Shown: in pieces, positions 48,800 to 62,739 of the stretch
How the letters are laid out: the number at the start of each line of letters is the position of its first letter
Position numbering within the stretch: position 1 is the stretch's first letter
Source: Paraphysomonas bandaiensis
Taxonomy: Eukaryota; Protista; Chrysophyceae
Reading direction: 5' to 3'
Length of the DNA: 64,000 nt
Assembly (NCBI GenBank): GCA_965644295.1
Contig: CBFFRP010000436.1
Span: 25,160-89,159, forward strand
Notes under the pieces: model-generated
What the model saw: the letters and a program-made list of their open reading frames with translations, nothing else
Told to the model about the DNA's origin: nothing
Database searches by the model: none
Translations under genes and position numbers: made by a program

Positions 48800-51700
48800 T
48801 TACACCATGTAACTCAGCAATAGTGCTACCATTATATATTTCGCACTGCTTTAGATGATGTACTTCCGCCAGATACCCCCATAGCAGACATATTTAAATT
48901 TTGTTTCTTGATGTAGACGTAACGGGTATAACACTGGGCTCTATTTCGACTTCCGACATCTTTCGCAACTCTGTTGAAATCAATACACGAGGTGCTATCA
49001 CTGCGCTGTACAGTATAAGCTGAAACCGCTGTGAGGAGCTTGTTGGTCTACCACACCACAATTACCAGCCACTTTAAATAAATGTACAATGACAATATAC
49101 TGCACATGATATTGTCTACAGCAATACGACATGCACTGAGCGCTGGCGAATTACGTGTATATATATACCTCACAGATACATACCTCTTCCTCAGTCCACG
49201 CCCCAGTTCTCATTCCCTCTGAGTGTCTGATACTATCCCGGTGACGTTGAGCGCACTGCTCTGAGGACCGACGAACACCCATTTCATGGAGGCGGTCGGA
49301 CACCAACAACCAATCGACTTTTCCTTCCGTCGAGCTATTGACAACCGCTTCTTCCAACATGTCATCCTGAACTAACAGTTTAATAATATCTTATACTTGA
49401 TACATCTCTAATCTTTTGAACGTACACTATACTCTAAAATGTTACACTATATACAGACATTGTATGCGAAGAAGATTCTCACCTCGTCAGAGTCCCACAT
49501 ACCACATTTGATGTTTTGAAACCTAACCACCGTATAAGCGTCACACATTACTCCGCTATATACTGAAGCATACACATACTACTTTAACAGCTATAAGAAT
49601 ATACACTTCTAGGTAAAAATAATATTTACAATGTTTAGATGAAATTAAAAAGAAATGTTCACGTATAATACTCACAGTCTAGTGTTACCTGCGCTTCAGG
49701 GTCATGTTCCACCTCATACTGCATTGATGGGCTGTTCTGCGCCCGTTGAAGCTGGCAGCAACTTCCTGCCATGATACTTTCTGCTCTGTCTGTCCAGAAA
49801 GCGTTTGGTTGTTGGTCGTATCACAGAGGTTGCTTGACTCCATAACACCAGCCAAGCACTTCGAAACAGCTTCAATGAGAATACGATCCTGAGTACGAGG
49901 TCATATTGTTCACTACATTGCACTTGTCTAACTTTACAAAGAACATCTAATATATACACGACCATAGCAAACAGTACTTCAGTATACTCAATACTACGAC
50001 TAAAACTATAGTAGTCCGGGTAAAGAGGACGCATGCTGTACATAAATACTATATGTACACTGCACTGTACCTCCTCTGCAGTCCACGTTCCAGTCTTGAC
50101 CTTACTCGAACGGTGTTTCAAAGTATTATGCCACCTCTTCCTACACTGGTCAACAGATCTGCAAATTAAAGTAATAAAACCCATTTCCACAAGGAAGGAG
50201 TGCACACAAATAGTACTAGTTCGGTGGCACTACCACTCAGTCGTACTAATGAATTCAAAACGTACGAGCTTTCAGCAACTAACCTGGATCCTATATAAGC
50301 TCCTACTGCCTCCCATAACACAGATCCCCCTCTACCTTGCTTATCGTACATTGCCATACCTTCAAGCATCTTCATATCCTATTTGAACAGTTACTACTAT
50401 ACATAATATATATGAATATATTTATTGTAACAATATACACCGTTATATATAAACCACTATATACAGACAGTGACACAGTGTAACAATACAGGGACATGTT
50501 GAACAGGACCTCTTCAGGTGTCCATGCCCCTTCATTCCGTCCCTCTGATCGTTGTGATAATAAGTGCCATCTTGCTTTGATTTGATTGACAGATCTCTGT
50601 GTGTTTAGCTGTTTGATTACAGTGTTCCACGGTATGCCTCGTTTAGAGGATTGATTGGATGATACCTCTTGTACTACCTCACACAAAGCTTTGTCCTATA
50701 GTATTGTTAACATCACGTGTGTGTGATGATATGTTATATGTTATATATATAATGTTATTATGTTGCATGTGTTATGCTGTATATGTTATGTTGTATATAT
50801 GTATTATGTTGTGCTCGTTACATATGCATGTGCTATATGTTATGCTACGTTCTATGTGTGTTAGTTTATATGCTATTTCATATATGTTATTTTGTAAGTG
50901 TTATATTTGTTTTGTCATATATGAAATTTTTGTAACGCTATGCATGTTGTATACGGCTATATAAGTTATGTGTTCAAAATGTGTATGCAATATGTTATGA
51001 TATGTTATTTTATATATGTCGTACTATATATATGTGTATATGTTACACATGCTATATGTGTTATATATGCTATATATATGTGTATATGTTATACATGCTA
51101 TGTATATCTGTTAGTCTATATGTGTTATGTTATATATTGTGTTATGCTATATATGTTATATGTGTTATATATGCTATATATGTGTGTATATGTTATACAT
51201 ATCTTATGTTGTGTATTGTATATATGTATTGTTACATATGATATGTTATACATGCTATAGATGTATATATATGTGTATATACTCTATTGTATATATGTAT
51301 GTGTGTGTCTATATATGTGTATGTGTGTGTGTCTATATGTATATATGTATATATATGTGTATGTGTGTGTGTCTATATGTATATATGTATATATATGTGT
51401 ATATGTTACACATGCTATGTATATCTGTTAGTCTATATGTGTTATGTTATATATTGTGTTATGCTATATATGTTATATGTGTTATATATGCTATACATGT
51501 GTGTATATGTTATACATATCTTATGTTGTGTATTGTATATATGTATTGTTACATATGGTATGTCATACATGCTATAGTTGTATATATATGTGTATATACT
51601 CTATTGTATATATGTGTGTATATGTTATACATGCTATATGTGTTATATATGTCGTACTATACATGTGTGTATATATGTGTGTATATGTGTTATATATGTG

Positions 51701-51872
51701 TATATACTCTATTGTATATATGTGTATGTGTGTATGTGTATGTGTATGTGTGTGTGTCTATATGTCTATATATGTGCACCTGATTATCAGTCCAAGGGAG
51801 AGAGTTGGAGCCTTTATGCCTTTTCAGAGAAGGTTGTTCAGTTCCCTGAGCCTCTCCCCCACCCTCCTCCAT
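48800..51872 (-). CDS. Multi-repeat Myb/SANT DNA-binding protein, many introns
   Basis: Repeated W(T/D)xEE|D, W..(V/I)...l..RS..QC..RW motifs in exons at ~51.8, 50.5-50.7, 50.2-50.37, 50.07-50.16, 49.7-49.87, 49.2-49.37 and 48.8-48.97 kb. Exact boundaries are approximate. Confidence 0.8.
50700..51778. repeat. Degenerate TA/TG low-complexity intron with an internal ~220-bp duplication
   Basis: 51080-51295 resembles 51395-51610. Confidence 0.85.
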
Positions 51873-52602
51873 GGCTATTAGAGATCTAGTTGTCACGTCT
51901 ATTAAAATGATCTTATATACATCATTATCAGCAACTGTATGCCTGTTTTTATATAGTATATCGCTATATATACAAAATCTCCAGTTAATCTTATATAGAA
52001 ATTCATGGTATATAGAAAAAAACCTGAAAACTCCATAGTGTGTATAGATATCCCTGCTTTTTATTAAAACTCATAACTTTCTCTGAAAAAAAATACTCTT
52101 TATTTCACAAATTTTGTGATATCCACACCTAGGTTTTGTTGTAAAAACCCAGTTTTCGTGGTAAACCCCAGGTTAGTTAGTAAACCACCAGCTTTAGGAG
52201 AGTAAAACCATGGTTTTCTAGTCAAAAAAAGCCCATACCAAGCCTAAAATCGTCAACATTTGGCCACCATAACGAGAGTTTCCACCATTTCTCATCTAGA
52301 ATGGGATACGTATACCTCCATATGGATTCTTGTTGTATAGTAAAGAGAAGGGCATCATATTTCTTCTTTCTTTATAGTAAACCCAATACATTATGAATAC
52401 ACCGATATGATTGGTTGATATTGTTTCCATATTCTTCGTATATGGTAATATGTATATATGTATATGAGACTGAGAGTGTATCACTGTACGTATATATCCA
52501 TATATATATCCACCTCCACCGCACACATACATACATAGAGAAGAACTCTCTATATATATACAATAATCTTAAGAAGAATCAATCCTAACATATCCTACAC
52601 AT

Positions 52603-53370
52603 ATGGAAGACTTGTCCAATGAAAAGAAAGAGCTGTTACAGACTGTATCTGGAGATATAACTGTATGTAACACCACGCCCATGAAACTATACGCAGGTCC
52701 TCGTATATCCACTATAAACAATCAAGTGGCTCTGATAGGACGTCCACATATTGTATTTAATAATCCTAAAGAGATTCTAGAAGGAATCTTTCAAGTTCGA
52801 TCTGCTGATGATGAGTTATGTATAGCTATAGGGTGTCCTCCTGCATATATGTGTACATACAAAGCCATACCTGATTGTGGATTAATATTATCAGTAGATT
52901 CGAATGATGTACGTGTACGAAGTAAGCCACATGATGTAGATGATAGTGATAATCCTCTCATTGTTAAGGAATCGTTTCCATCGAGCTTTAGTTTTGAAGA
53001 AGACACTAGACTACACTTTAAAGTGGACTTACGAGAGAGTACAAATAACAAGGTCACCTTTACAGTGACTGAATTATTGGAAGAGGATAAAGAAGGAAAG
53101 CGTGTTTCTGTGGAATCTGAAGTATCCCCGGAAAACACACAGGGTGAAAACTGTGTTGTGTTTAATCGTGAGGAGGGGCGACTGGGGATACTTCTCTCCT
53201 TGAAGGTGGACGGCGAGGAACGTATAGACGCTTTGCGTAATCTTGCTGATTCTGAGGACAAACCTGAGGTCCCTGGCGTACTTCAGAGTCAGGTAGATGC
53301 TGAATTCAGACTTAGCGTTGACATAAACCCAGGCATGGAGTATCAAACCGTGGACACGAGCGACGGTTGA
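52603..53370 (+). CDS. Hypothetical protein (255 aa, acidic, predicted beta-rich)
   Basis: Clean ATG-to-stop ORF with coding-like composition in AT-rich flanks; no motif recognised. Confidence 0.65.
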   Translation: MEDLSNEKKELLQTVSGDITVCNTTPMKLYAGPRISTINNQVALIGRPHIVFNNPKEILEGIFQVRSADDELCIAIGCPPAYMCTYKAIPDCGLILSVDSNDVRVRSKPHDVDDSDNPLIVKESFPSSFSFEEDTRLHFKVDLRESTNNKVTFTVTELLEEDKEGKRVSVESEVSPENTQGENCVVFNREEGRLGILLSLKVDGEERIDALRNLADSEDKPEVPGVLQSQVDAEFRLSVDINPGMEYQTVDTSDG

Positions 53371-54830
53371 TAGAGACAATGTCTGATATCAAGTAGATTA
53401 CATTTAGTCGAATAGTGTTGTGTATATATGAACACACAGTCTTTACTTCACCTAGAGAATACAGTTACTAATTACAGTTAATAGTACTAATTAAAGTTCA
53501 TAATTTTCGCTACTATGGCATATCGTGATTCTGATTTGTATTTAACATACCATTGTTTATAGTGTTATAATGTTCAAAGTACTTTGATATTATCATGTGA
53601 TATTGATCACAGTTCAGTTATTTTGTTCTCCAATTCCGATATCAGATACATATTATAGAAATATCTCAAATTCTCTTCCATTTTACACATTGATGTAATC
53701 ACAAACTTAAAATACAGAATACAAATCTTTAACTTGTTTATAGTGTTGACAATACTTTTACGAGGAGTTTAACAATAGGTTGATCTTTTCCAGCATAATT
53801 TCACATTATGCAAGCCGAAAAAACATGTGTGTAGGATCTAATTAAGTATTGTCATACGCCTAGGAAACTTCGTAGTCGTAATTGAGTAGATAACTCGTGA
53901 AAAAGTTGAACACAATCACCACGAAGAATGGAAAAAATAGCTGCAATGATGACAGTAAATTTTCTTCAGGTCTAGTCCTTAGAAGAGTATATCTGATGAC
54001 AATGTAAGAGTATTATCTTATCCTATATAAATAGTGATTAGATAAACGTGCATACTTTAACTTGAATGACAATATTTACATCATATCACGACAGGTCGAC
54101 ACACGTTACGTGCATTAATGTTGATCGTCACAGTTAATCACAGTCTTTCTCATCTAAACAAGATAGTTAGGCATCATACAGCATCCTTTGAAGATATTTA
54201 ACTGACAATGATTGTTAGGCATGATCAGTCCATGTATTTAAATGTTGCATGCAATGCATGCAGCTCATATATGCAGAAACATGCATTGCATGCACTCTTC
54301 TACATGCCACTATACCCTGTTGAATATCATGGGATGCTAGATGCAATTGGTAAGAAGTTTATTCCTTTTGAACTAGTCTTTCAATGTCCAGCCATGTGGA
54401 TGATATCTTAAATAGATATTCCTCGTATGGACACACTGTACAAGTCTGTTAATGACACAATATCCGAAGATTTACATGATTCCATGATTTATATGTATAA
54501 AATACTGTATTTTCAACGTAAAGGTGAAAATAGGTGAAATTCTATCAAAATTCAGGAAATATGTATAGATACATATGTGTATGTATGTGTATGTGTATAT
54601 ATTGGGACTGTATATATACGAGTGTTGTGTATGTATGTATAGATACAGTGCGGTGTATGTGTATGTGTATATATGTGTATGTATGTATAGATACAGTGCT
54701 GTGTGTGTGTATGTATGTATATCTCCAATAGAAGGCTATCTCACACATACATACACACAGATACAATCAACTCTCTTCCTTCTAACCATACTCACTTATC
54801 TTCTTATCTAACACATCTCTCTAATCCAAC

Positions 54831-56153
54831 ATGCTCACCACTTCACGATCTTATCGTCCTCTTCTCACACTCTCTCATCACACTCTCCAAACCATCTCAA
54901 CCACCTCCATCTCCTCCTCCTCCAACTCCTCCACCTCCTCTTCCACCACCACCACCTCCTCCTCCTCCTCCACCTCCACCACTACTTCATTAATCCCAGA
55001 AACTTTACAAACCATGAAAACGGATCCAATTTATCAAAATACTAAAAAAATGTTACAAAAATATGGACAAAAAAAATTAACATATCAAGAACGAAAGAAA
55101 CGACAGCGTGCCTTACATACATACAACATCCCTTCATTTCAACACTATCTACAATCTAATGGACATGGACACTCTATTACAAGACTAACTACATCAATAT
55201 TACAATTAAATATATCTTTATATTGTAATCAAGCATGTAATCATTGTCATGTTGAAAGTTCACCAAAACGGACAGAAAAAATGAGTAATGAGATTATAAA
55301 TCAATGTATGAAGATACTAGCCAACAGTCCATCGATTAAGACTGTGGATATAACGGGAGGAGCACCAGAATTACATCCACATTTTCGTGATCTAATTATT
55401 CAATTACAAAAATATAATATTGAAATAATTGATCGATGTAATTTAACCGTATTAACGGAACCTGGACAAGAAGATTTACCGGATTTTCTTGCAAAAAATA
55501 ATGTACGTATAGTGGCCTCACTACCATGCTATTCGGAACGGAATGTAAATCTTCAACGTGGAAGAGGTGTATTTGCACGTAGTATACAAGGGCTGCAGGT
55601 ACTTAATGAGAAAGGATATGGTATGGAGACGTCAAATCTACAGTTAGATTTAGTATATAATCCGGGAGGGGCATACTTACCTCCTGATCAAGAGATGTTG
55701 CAAGCACAATACAAAGAAAAGCTTAAAGAAGATTTTGGGATATCTTTTAACAATCTTTTTACCCTTACTAATATGCCTATAAAACGATTTGCAGATAAGT
55801 TGTATCGTTCTAATGATTTGGAGAGGTATATGCAACTCCTTGTGGATAGTTTTAATCCTGCAGCAATGCAAGGGCTAATGTGTAGAGATACACTCAGTGT
55901 AGGTTGGGATGGTTCTCTCTTTGACTGCGACTTCAATCAACAGCTTCAACTTGGACTTGGTGCAAGTTTAGCCAATCTTGATGAGGAGTTTGAAACGCCA
56001 CATAAAGATGCACAGAATTTACGTACTAATGGCTTAACTGTTTTTGACATCAATTCAGTTTCTGATATCATGGATAAGGAAATCCTTGTGGACCATCATT
56101 GTTTTGGATGCACCGCTGGGGCTGGATCGTCTTGTCAAGGCACGCTTACGTAG
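54831..56153 (+). CDS. arsS: Radical SAM protein of the ArsS (arsenosugar biosynthesis)/DUF3641 family with N-terminal transit-peptide-like extension
   Basis: LQLNI..YCNQACNHCHVESSP.R.E, VDITGGAPEL, IDRCNLTVL.EPG, ASLPCY, LVYNP.G, NMPIKRF, DCDFNQ, HCFGCTAGAGSSC. Confidence 0.88.
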   Translation: MLTTSRSYRPLLTLSHHTLQTISTTSISSSSNSSTSSSTTTTSSSSSTSTTTSLIPETLQTMKTDPIYQNTKKMLQKYGQKKLTYQERKKRQRALHTYNIPSFQHYLQSNGHGHSITRLTTSILQLNISLYCNQACNHCHVESSPKRTEKMSNEIINQCMKILANSPSIKTVDITGGAPELHPHFRDLIIQLQKYNIEIIDRCNLTVLTEPGQEDLPDFLAKNNVRIVASLPCYSERNVNLQRGRGVFARSIQGLQVLNEKGYGMETSNLQLDLVYNPGGAYLPPDQEMLQAQYKEKLKEDFGISFNNLFTLTNMPIKRFADKLYRSNDLERYMQLLVDSFNPAAMQGLMCRDTLSVGWDGSLFDCDFNQQLQLGLGASLANLDEEFETPHKDAQNLRTNGLTVFDINSVSDIMDKEILVDHHCFGCTAGAGSSCQGTLT

Positions 56154-57121
56154 ACAATTTATTTGTTGTTCTTAATATGTCTACGAGCTTCTAATTTATA
56201 TTATATGTGACTAATCGGTCATCAATCTTCGTATGATGAGTACATGATTTTGGTTACCAAGAAATATCACTGTAATTTGTAATTTATATATATAAGCAGA
56301 AAATTTTCTGCCAATTCTTTACGTGGGCATGTTAACTACTTGTATTCTGATTGTTATATACCAGACTCGGAATGTGTTCACCTAAGAGACGAGTATGTCT
56401 ATATACTATATACGCTAACCGATAGTAATTAGTTATCAATAATGTGCGTAAGGTAAACTTGAAGTAATTATATGTGTAGGGAAGAGCACATTCAATAACA
56501 GGGAGAGGGAACAGTACATTGATGTTTCCCTAAGACAGAACTGTCTTATCCCCATTTTGTCTCGAAAAAAACTTTTTATTTAATATCAATCACTCTAACA
56601 CACAATAGAATAAAGAAAAGAAATTTTTAAAAAATTTCGTTGTCGTCTTGTGTGTGTCTCTAGTCTAACGACTTAACATCTCTTCAGCAATCTAAGTATT
56701 AAAATGGACAAAGGCCAGAAGACAACAGTATTTTGTAAATGTAGTTAATTCTATTGGATACTGAAGGCTTCCGAACCCATGTTTAACTTTAAGATAAGAA
56801 ATAGAAATGGTGGGGGAGAAACGACAGCAAAAAACTATTATTAATTACACCAATAATTAACTCTAGAGAGAGTACATATATATACTTCTGAACATGATCT
56901 AATGTAATCACCGGTATATGTAGCGATATAGTTAGCACAGAACTTTCCAATTAAAAAACGTATAAAATCTGAATGTCAGGAACTGAGAACGAGATATGTA
57001 GCAACAATGCTACAAACTGAACGCCACATAAAAAACAAAGCTACTTGCTTCCAATTAAGAAACATAAAAAGTCGTCTGCTTGTCAAAGGCTGTTGGCTAC
57101 ATATTGGCAAGCCCATCCAAG

Positions 57122-58595
57122 TCAGCACTCAATGCTGTCGTCATCATCTAGATTCCAATCACAATTGAAAGAGCCGCCAAAGTCGTGATGCTTATATAGC
57201 ATTCTGCGGATTGACTCTTTGTTGTTCAACACGCTTTCCCCATCATCTGTTGACACAGAAGAGTGGTCACATGAATCTCGAGGAAACGAAATCATCTCAG
57301 GTGCGAATGAAATTTCACTACCAGAGCTGTCACTACCACGTCCGATTAAATCAGTACTCGGGGTATTCTGCTGTTTCATTTGCTTTGCGGCAGAGATAGG
57401 CGTACTCGCTCTAAGCGAGCACGACACTGGGCCACCTTCCTCATCACTGTAAGATAGCAGCGCGCATGATAGATTATTCGTACTTGTTGTCATACAAACG
57501 GCATCATCAAGGTCCATAGTTTTCGCACAAGAATTCGGATCCTTTAATATCTTGAGGAAAAATTGTTTCGGGTCCCCTAATATATTGCGAAATACTAGTT
57601 TCCACTGCTGTTTTACCATTGGCAAAGCAGCGAAAGCCAAACAAAACAGAAAACCGTGAATCCCACTGACTATCATCAGTCTTGTCAACCAGTGGTTATC
57701 ATACCCCAACACAGCGAGAATTTTAAAAGACACTAGGAATGCGTAGGATACAATAAGTATTATTGGAAACCAGATTACTTGGCCAAGGGCTTGTCGAATC
57801 ATTCGAGATGATGTGTCGGAACTTTCATTAGTCTGAGTGTGATAAATACCAGTTAATAAAACTTTGAAAACGAAGTGCGCGTGATAAATATTGAAAAACG
57901 ACAATACGAAGGCATATAATAATGCGTATACTGCGAAGTAGTATAGAAAGCTGTATATATAACTGCACCAGGAGCAGACAGACATACTGATACCAGGTTT
58001 GCATCATAGCAATCAACACAACAAATAAGCTTACCGTCGCTTGAAATACACGTCTTGATAAGGCGACATATACTACCGCATTGAATATCATTGCCATCCC
58101 TAGAGGGATGTAGAAACATACAAGCTCAAGCATCAGTCCTATAGCATTCGGTGCAGTAGAGTGTATCCAACACATACGAACATCATCATGCAATCGATAT
58201 GCATTATGAAACAATGGTAATGAAGCCACTATCAATGGTATACCCCATATTGCCACCATAGCACGGTATGGTACTGTTACTTTACTTGTTGGTGCAAAGC
58301 CCCTATAGAACACCTGTAGGAGTACATAGGATATATATGTAGTAGCTGTAATTGTTGCATTTGCAAAATATATAAAGAAAAATCCTTGTGCAATACATAA
58401 TGATGATTCTTGTGATGGAGATCCAATATATATGCATATTGCAGTACCCAGTCCACTTATCGCCAAATATAAAGATACTTTACATGCAAAAACACGTAAA
58501 TTGGGGAAAACGGCGTATGAAATGATGATAAAAAGGCATCCTAAAGTACTGAAAGTTGCTGTAATGAGTTCAGTCATACGATCCCATGTAATCAT
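57122..58595 (-). CDS. 7-TM GPCR of the cAMP-receptor-like/GCR1 type (one intron ~57833-58034)
   Basis: S.LGC.FII..Y..F..LR, LAIS, C..QG, WG.P, CWI, FY.P and FP.I motifs; hydrophobic helices; Ser-rich tail. Confidence 0.82.
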
Positions 58596-58609
58596 AATTG
58601 ATAATTTTG

Positions 58610-58958
58610 AGGTGGACGATTTTACTGTAAATAAGAAGAGTTACAGTATGAAGAAGAGGAAGATGGACAAAATTGACATGTGTAATATTACATACGGTGT
58701 AAATATGACAGTGAAGTGAGTGGTCATGTATGTGAAGTATGGAGCATGTATACTTACAGGAACACTTCGTGTAAGTTGCAATAGAAATGGACGAGTGGAC
58801 GATTTTACTGTAAGCAAGAAGAGTTACGGTAAGACTAAGAGAAACATGGACAAAATTGACGTGTGTAATATTACATACGGTGTAAACATGAGAGTGAAGT
58901 GAGTGGTCATGTATGTGAAGTATGGAGCATGTTATACTTACAGGAACACTTCGTGTAA
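58610..58958. repeat. Tandem duplication of a ~183-bp unit just upstream of the GPCR
   Basis: GTGGACGATTTTACTGTAA...GGAACACTTCGTGTAAG occurs twice. Confidence 0.9.
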
Positions 58959-59527
58959 GCCAATTTGAGCTGTAGTACGTTCTCCGGTCGTCTTTACAAT
59001 TCACTATTACACTATAAACTCCTAATGGAGATAATAGTGAATGAATAAGTTGATGGTTGATTATGATCATAGAGAAGAAGAATGTTCACACTCAAAGCAA
59101 GATTTAATGATTCTAACAATCATCTCACCGCAATGACGACAAGAGACGTGCGTCATAATACATGAATTTGAGGGTATATGATAGTATGGTTTAATATCCC
59201 ATATATGGGATATACAGTCTGTATTATGGTATATACAGATCAGTGGGATGCTATTGTATAATATCCCATATTGGGGATATACAGTCTGTATTATGGTATA
59301 TACAGTACTGTATGATACGTCGTGTAGTATTATATCCCATATGTGGGATTATTGTCATGTAACTGGTCCCAACATCCCATATATGGGACATAGAGGCTCT
59401 ATGTGTATATATATGCATGGATCTTAATGTGATGCAGTGATATGATAGAGAGACTGGAGTATAGGTATCATTAACCACATAATCTACCCTTTCATTTACT
59501 TATTCATAACAAAATTCATATGAAATT

Positions 59528-60238
59528 ATGCTCATTAATCTCATCAAACAACTCCTTACAATAGATACACTGTCCAATGCACTTGTATGTATAGAGATAT
59601 ACTGCACAGATCATCGCTTTATACTCTTATGGATTATATCTGATCTTGTTTCTATATATTTAGTTGTATTAGCAAGATCACAAAGTGAAAATTGGGCATG
59701 TGGATATAACTTATGTGGAGAATGTGAGAATGCTGCACAAGAATATTATAATATCTTAATGATTGTGTCATTGTTGTGTACGTGGGTAAGGATAACTTTT
59801 TATGTTGGTCTTAACTTTATTTATAATGTTTTTAAAATTTTATACGATGCGTTTCAAGATAAGAACCCCATAATGGTCATACTGTTACCTTTTTTCCTAC
59901 TCAGATATGTATTAATTTGTGATGCGTTTCTCGACCAGAGCAAGAATGAATCATATCTAAAACTCGAAAAATGTGTCTCACCATTGACGATTCTAATGAG
60001 CTTTATTCAATTTGTTACACTAATAATATTTATGATAATAATGGCCCAGCGTCCGCGGAAGGAAGTTTGCTGCCTAGATGATGAATGCAATCAATACGAT
60101 TCCGAGGAGCTTATCGTTATTTCGTGGGAAGCATGGTTGTCATTAGTCGGAAATTCTATGCAGTTCATAGTCTTTGTGATAGGAACAGTTATAGAGAAAG
60201 AAAGCAAGAAAGAAAGTTCAATTAGTGATTTGAAGTAA
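59528..60238 (+). CDS. Hypothetical multi-pass membrane protein with Cys-rich loops
   Basis: 236-aa intact ORF with several hydrophobic segments. Confidence 0.6.
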   Translation: MLINLIKQLLTIDTLSNALVCIEIYCTDHRFILLWIISDLVSIYLVVLARSQSENWACGYNLCGECENAAQEYYNILMIVSLLCTWVRITFYVGLNFIYNVFKILYDAFQDKNPIMVILLPFFLLRYVLICDAFLDQSKNESYLKLEKCVSPLTILMSFIQFVTLIIFMIIMAQRPRKEVCCLDDECNQYDSEELIVISWEAWLSLVGNSMQFIVFVIGTVIEKESKKESSISDLK

Positions 60239-60600
60239 TTGCGAGTTTTGATAACCTATTTTTTTGTATATTCTTCCCGGGCGCTTATTATGTAGTGTTG
60301 TGTTGAAAGCCACCACCCTATATGATTACGAGTGTCTTAGTATTACCAAATGAACTACCTTACAGTCTCTGTTTTGGTTGTATATTTCCATTATACTAAT
60401 TGCTGACTGCATTGCTTACAATAAACAAAAAGGCGGCTAAATCAACACTATTTCAATATTTATCTTTGTCTACAGATACACTACATATTATCTATAAGCG
60501 TCCAATAAGTATCTATCGGTAATTCCTGTTATTGTCACTGCCACTAATAGTTACGATGAAGCTCGGCCTACAAACTACACAATAGTCGTATAGACGTAAG

Positions 60601-60655
60601 TAGGGCTAGGAAACAATATATTGCAATATATTGCAATCTTGCAATCAATATTATT
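60601..60655 (+). mobile_element. Solo terminus of the same hAT family as 46319-47126
   Basis: TAGGGCTAGGAAACAATATATTGCAATATATTGCAATC. Confidence 0.75.
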
Positions 60656-61163
60656 TTAGTTATATACAGAAAGTGCCCCATTCCGACGGCGTGACCATAG
60701 TGTAGGCTGGCTGGTGTGTACCAACTTAGCTGACCACATAGATCACGCGCAGATTCTGTTGTCCCCCCACCTGTGTTAAGCTTATAACTATGCATGACTT
60801 TTATATATGTAATTCGCGCAGATTCTAGTAGGACCATGTGTACGTGACCATGCATGACTCAGTATAGGTCTAGTGTGACACTGGCCACCCCCCTCCCTCC
60901 CCTAGAATGCGCGGGGTTTCTCGTAATCTTATATAGGCTATGCAAATATAGTGTAGATCTAGCTAGAGTTTTCTTGGTGCCGACACAACAAGAATGCGCT
61001 GAGATTAGGGTTAATAATCTATACGTTACTTAGCTTAGTCAACACTAACACTTCACTAGGGTACGCTCTCAGAATGGGGCACTCTCACATACTCAACCTG
61101 AATACATTCTTACTTAGAACAGAGTGTTAATCACTATGAAACTCTATGATACTCCTACATTAC

Positions 61164-61520
61164 CAGGCTTGCGTAACAATTAATTGGCAATTAATTGGTG
61201 ACAGGTGTCCAACAATAATAATTGCAATTATTAATCAGGCATCCAATTATTGGCAATGCAATTAATAAAATGATAATGTGACTGTGCACATACATCCATA
61301 CTACTATGCTAACATATAATGGGTGTGTACCTAAGATCAGTAGCTAGATATCGTAAGATGCTATATATAATTTAGCCAGCCAATTAATAGCAATTCATTG
61401 GCAATTAATTGGCAACGATTTCCAATAATAATAATTGGTATTATCACTTTTAAAACCAATTAATTTAATTGGCAATTATTGCCAATAAATTGAAAACCAA
61501 TTAATTGTTACGCTAGCCTG
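61164..61520. mobile_element. hAT-type MITE
   Basis: TIR CAGGCT(T/A)GCGTAACAATTAATTGG and 8-bp TSD TACATTAC. The same terminus begins at 25530. Confidence 0.9.
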
Positions 61521-61853
61521 TACATTACAATACAATAACAAGTATACAGCAGTGAGTACATTAGTCTACTTAACTTACTTGTCTGTACATGTATGTATCT
61601 ACATTAGTATTAAGATACTGTACATACAGTATGCACATAATACAACAGAAACCACTATGAAAACATAAAAACCCAAAGAAGTATGAAAATTAAAACCTCA
61701 ATTTTTTGAAGTTGTGTAAATTATTTTCATACTTCGGATAGTTTCGATTCAGCTCCCTCGCAGGATCTCATAGCAAACGAGTGTAATTTCTCGAAATTAG
61801 GGTATTCCTTATAGATTTAGTAACATTATTGCAGTAACATTTTTAGTAACATT

Positions 61854-62567
61854 TTGGGAAGAGATGCTGTCGGTGATGAATGTGAGGAGTTAAGTTTCGT
61901 TGCTGAATCCACTTGCATTGAAATTTTCAAACAATTTGTTAAAGAATTCAGTGAGAAGTTTTATCACGAGTATGTTCGCTTTCCTTCTGGTCGAGAACAT
62001 CTTCAAGTTAAGGAAATGTATCGCCGCCTAGGATTCCCTGGTTGTATAGGGAGCATTGATGTCACTCATGTGTACTGGGCTATGTGCATGAAGGATAAGA
62101 AGTGGAGGGCAACTGGAAAGGAGGGATATTATCCTACTTTGGCATTTGAAGCAATAGTGACATATAGGCGATATGTTTACCACTGCAGTATTGCCTTCTA
62201 TGGGTCGTACAATGATTTAACCATAAGTCGTAATGATGAGTTTATTCAAGCCGTGCTGGATGGTGCTGTGTCCCACCTACAATACGTTATGTATGCTGCG
62301 AACGGTGTTCCTAAAATATGCAAGGGTGGTTATTTCTTATCCGATAATGGCTACTCTAAGTGGGGAATATTTATTCGTCCCTGGAAGACACCAACATGCC
62401 GACAGGAGTTAATAGGGAGTGAATGGGCCAAATCTACGAGGAAGGATGTCGAGTGCTTCTATTCTTTGATCAAGGGACGTTTCTGGCTGTTCAAGAACGG
62501 TATACGTTCTCATAGTGCGCAAGATATTCAATATTCCTTTCGCACTGGTGTACTGCAAGAGTTTTAG
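61854..62567 (+). mobile_element. PIF/Harbinger transposase fragment
   Basis: GFPGCIGSIDVTH..W, GKEG..PT..FEA, GS.ND, YFLSDNGY, RKDVEC.YSLIKGRF; both ends truncated. Confidence 0.9.
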
Positions 62568-62739
62568 CAATGGTGCTGCAGAGCTGAACTTGACCACCCG
62601 TTTGGGATGGTCTTGATCTTCACTGGGAGCGGTTACAGTGTCATCAACCTCATCAACAACATTATCAACATCTTCCACATCATCAACATTGATACTTATG
62701 TCTGCATGTGACACTATAAGAACTTTAATAGTGATATCA

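Noticed and set aside
51960-52290. TAAACC-rich tract as telomeric repeats
   Set aside because: Motifs are scattered and irregular, not tandem.
59190-59395. Repeated ATCCCATAT(A)TGGGA palindromic motifs as a regulatory array
   Set aside because: Real but short and degenerate; cannot be distinguished from a decayed MITE.
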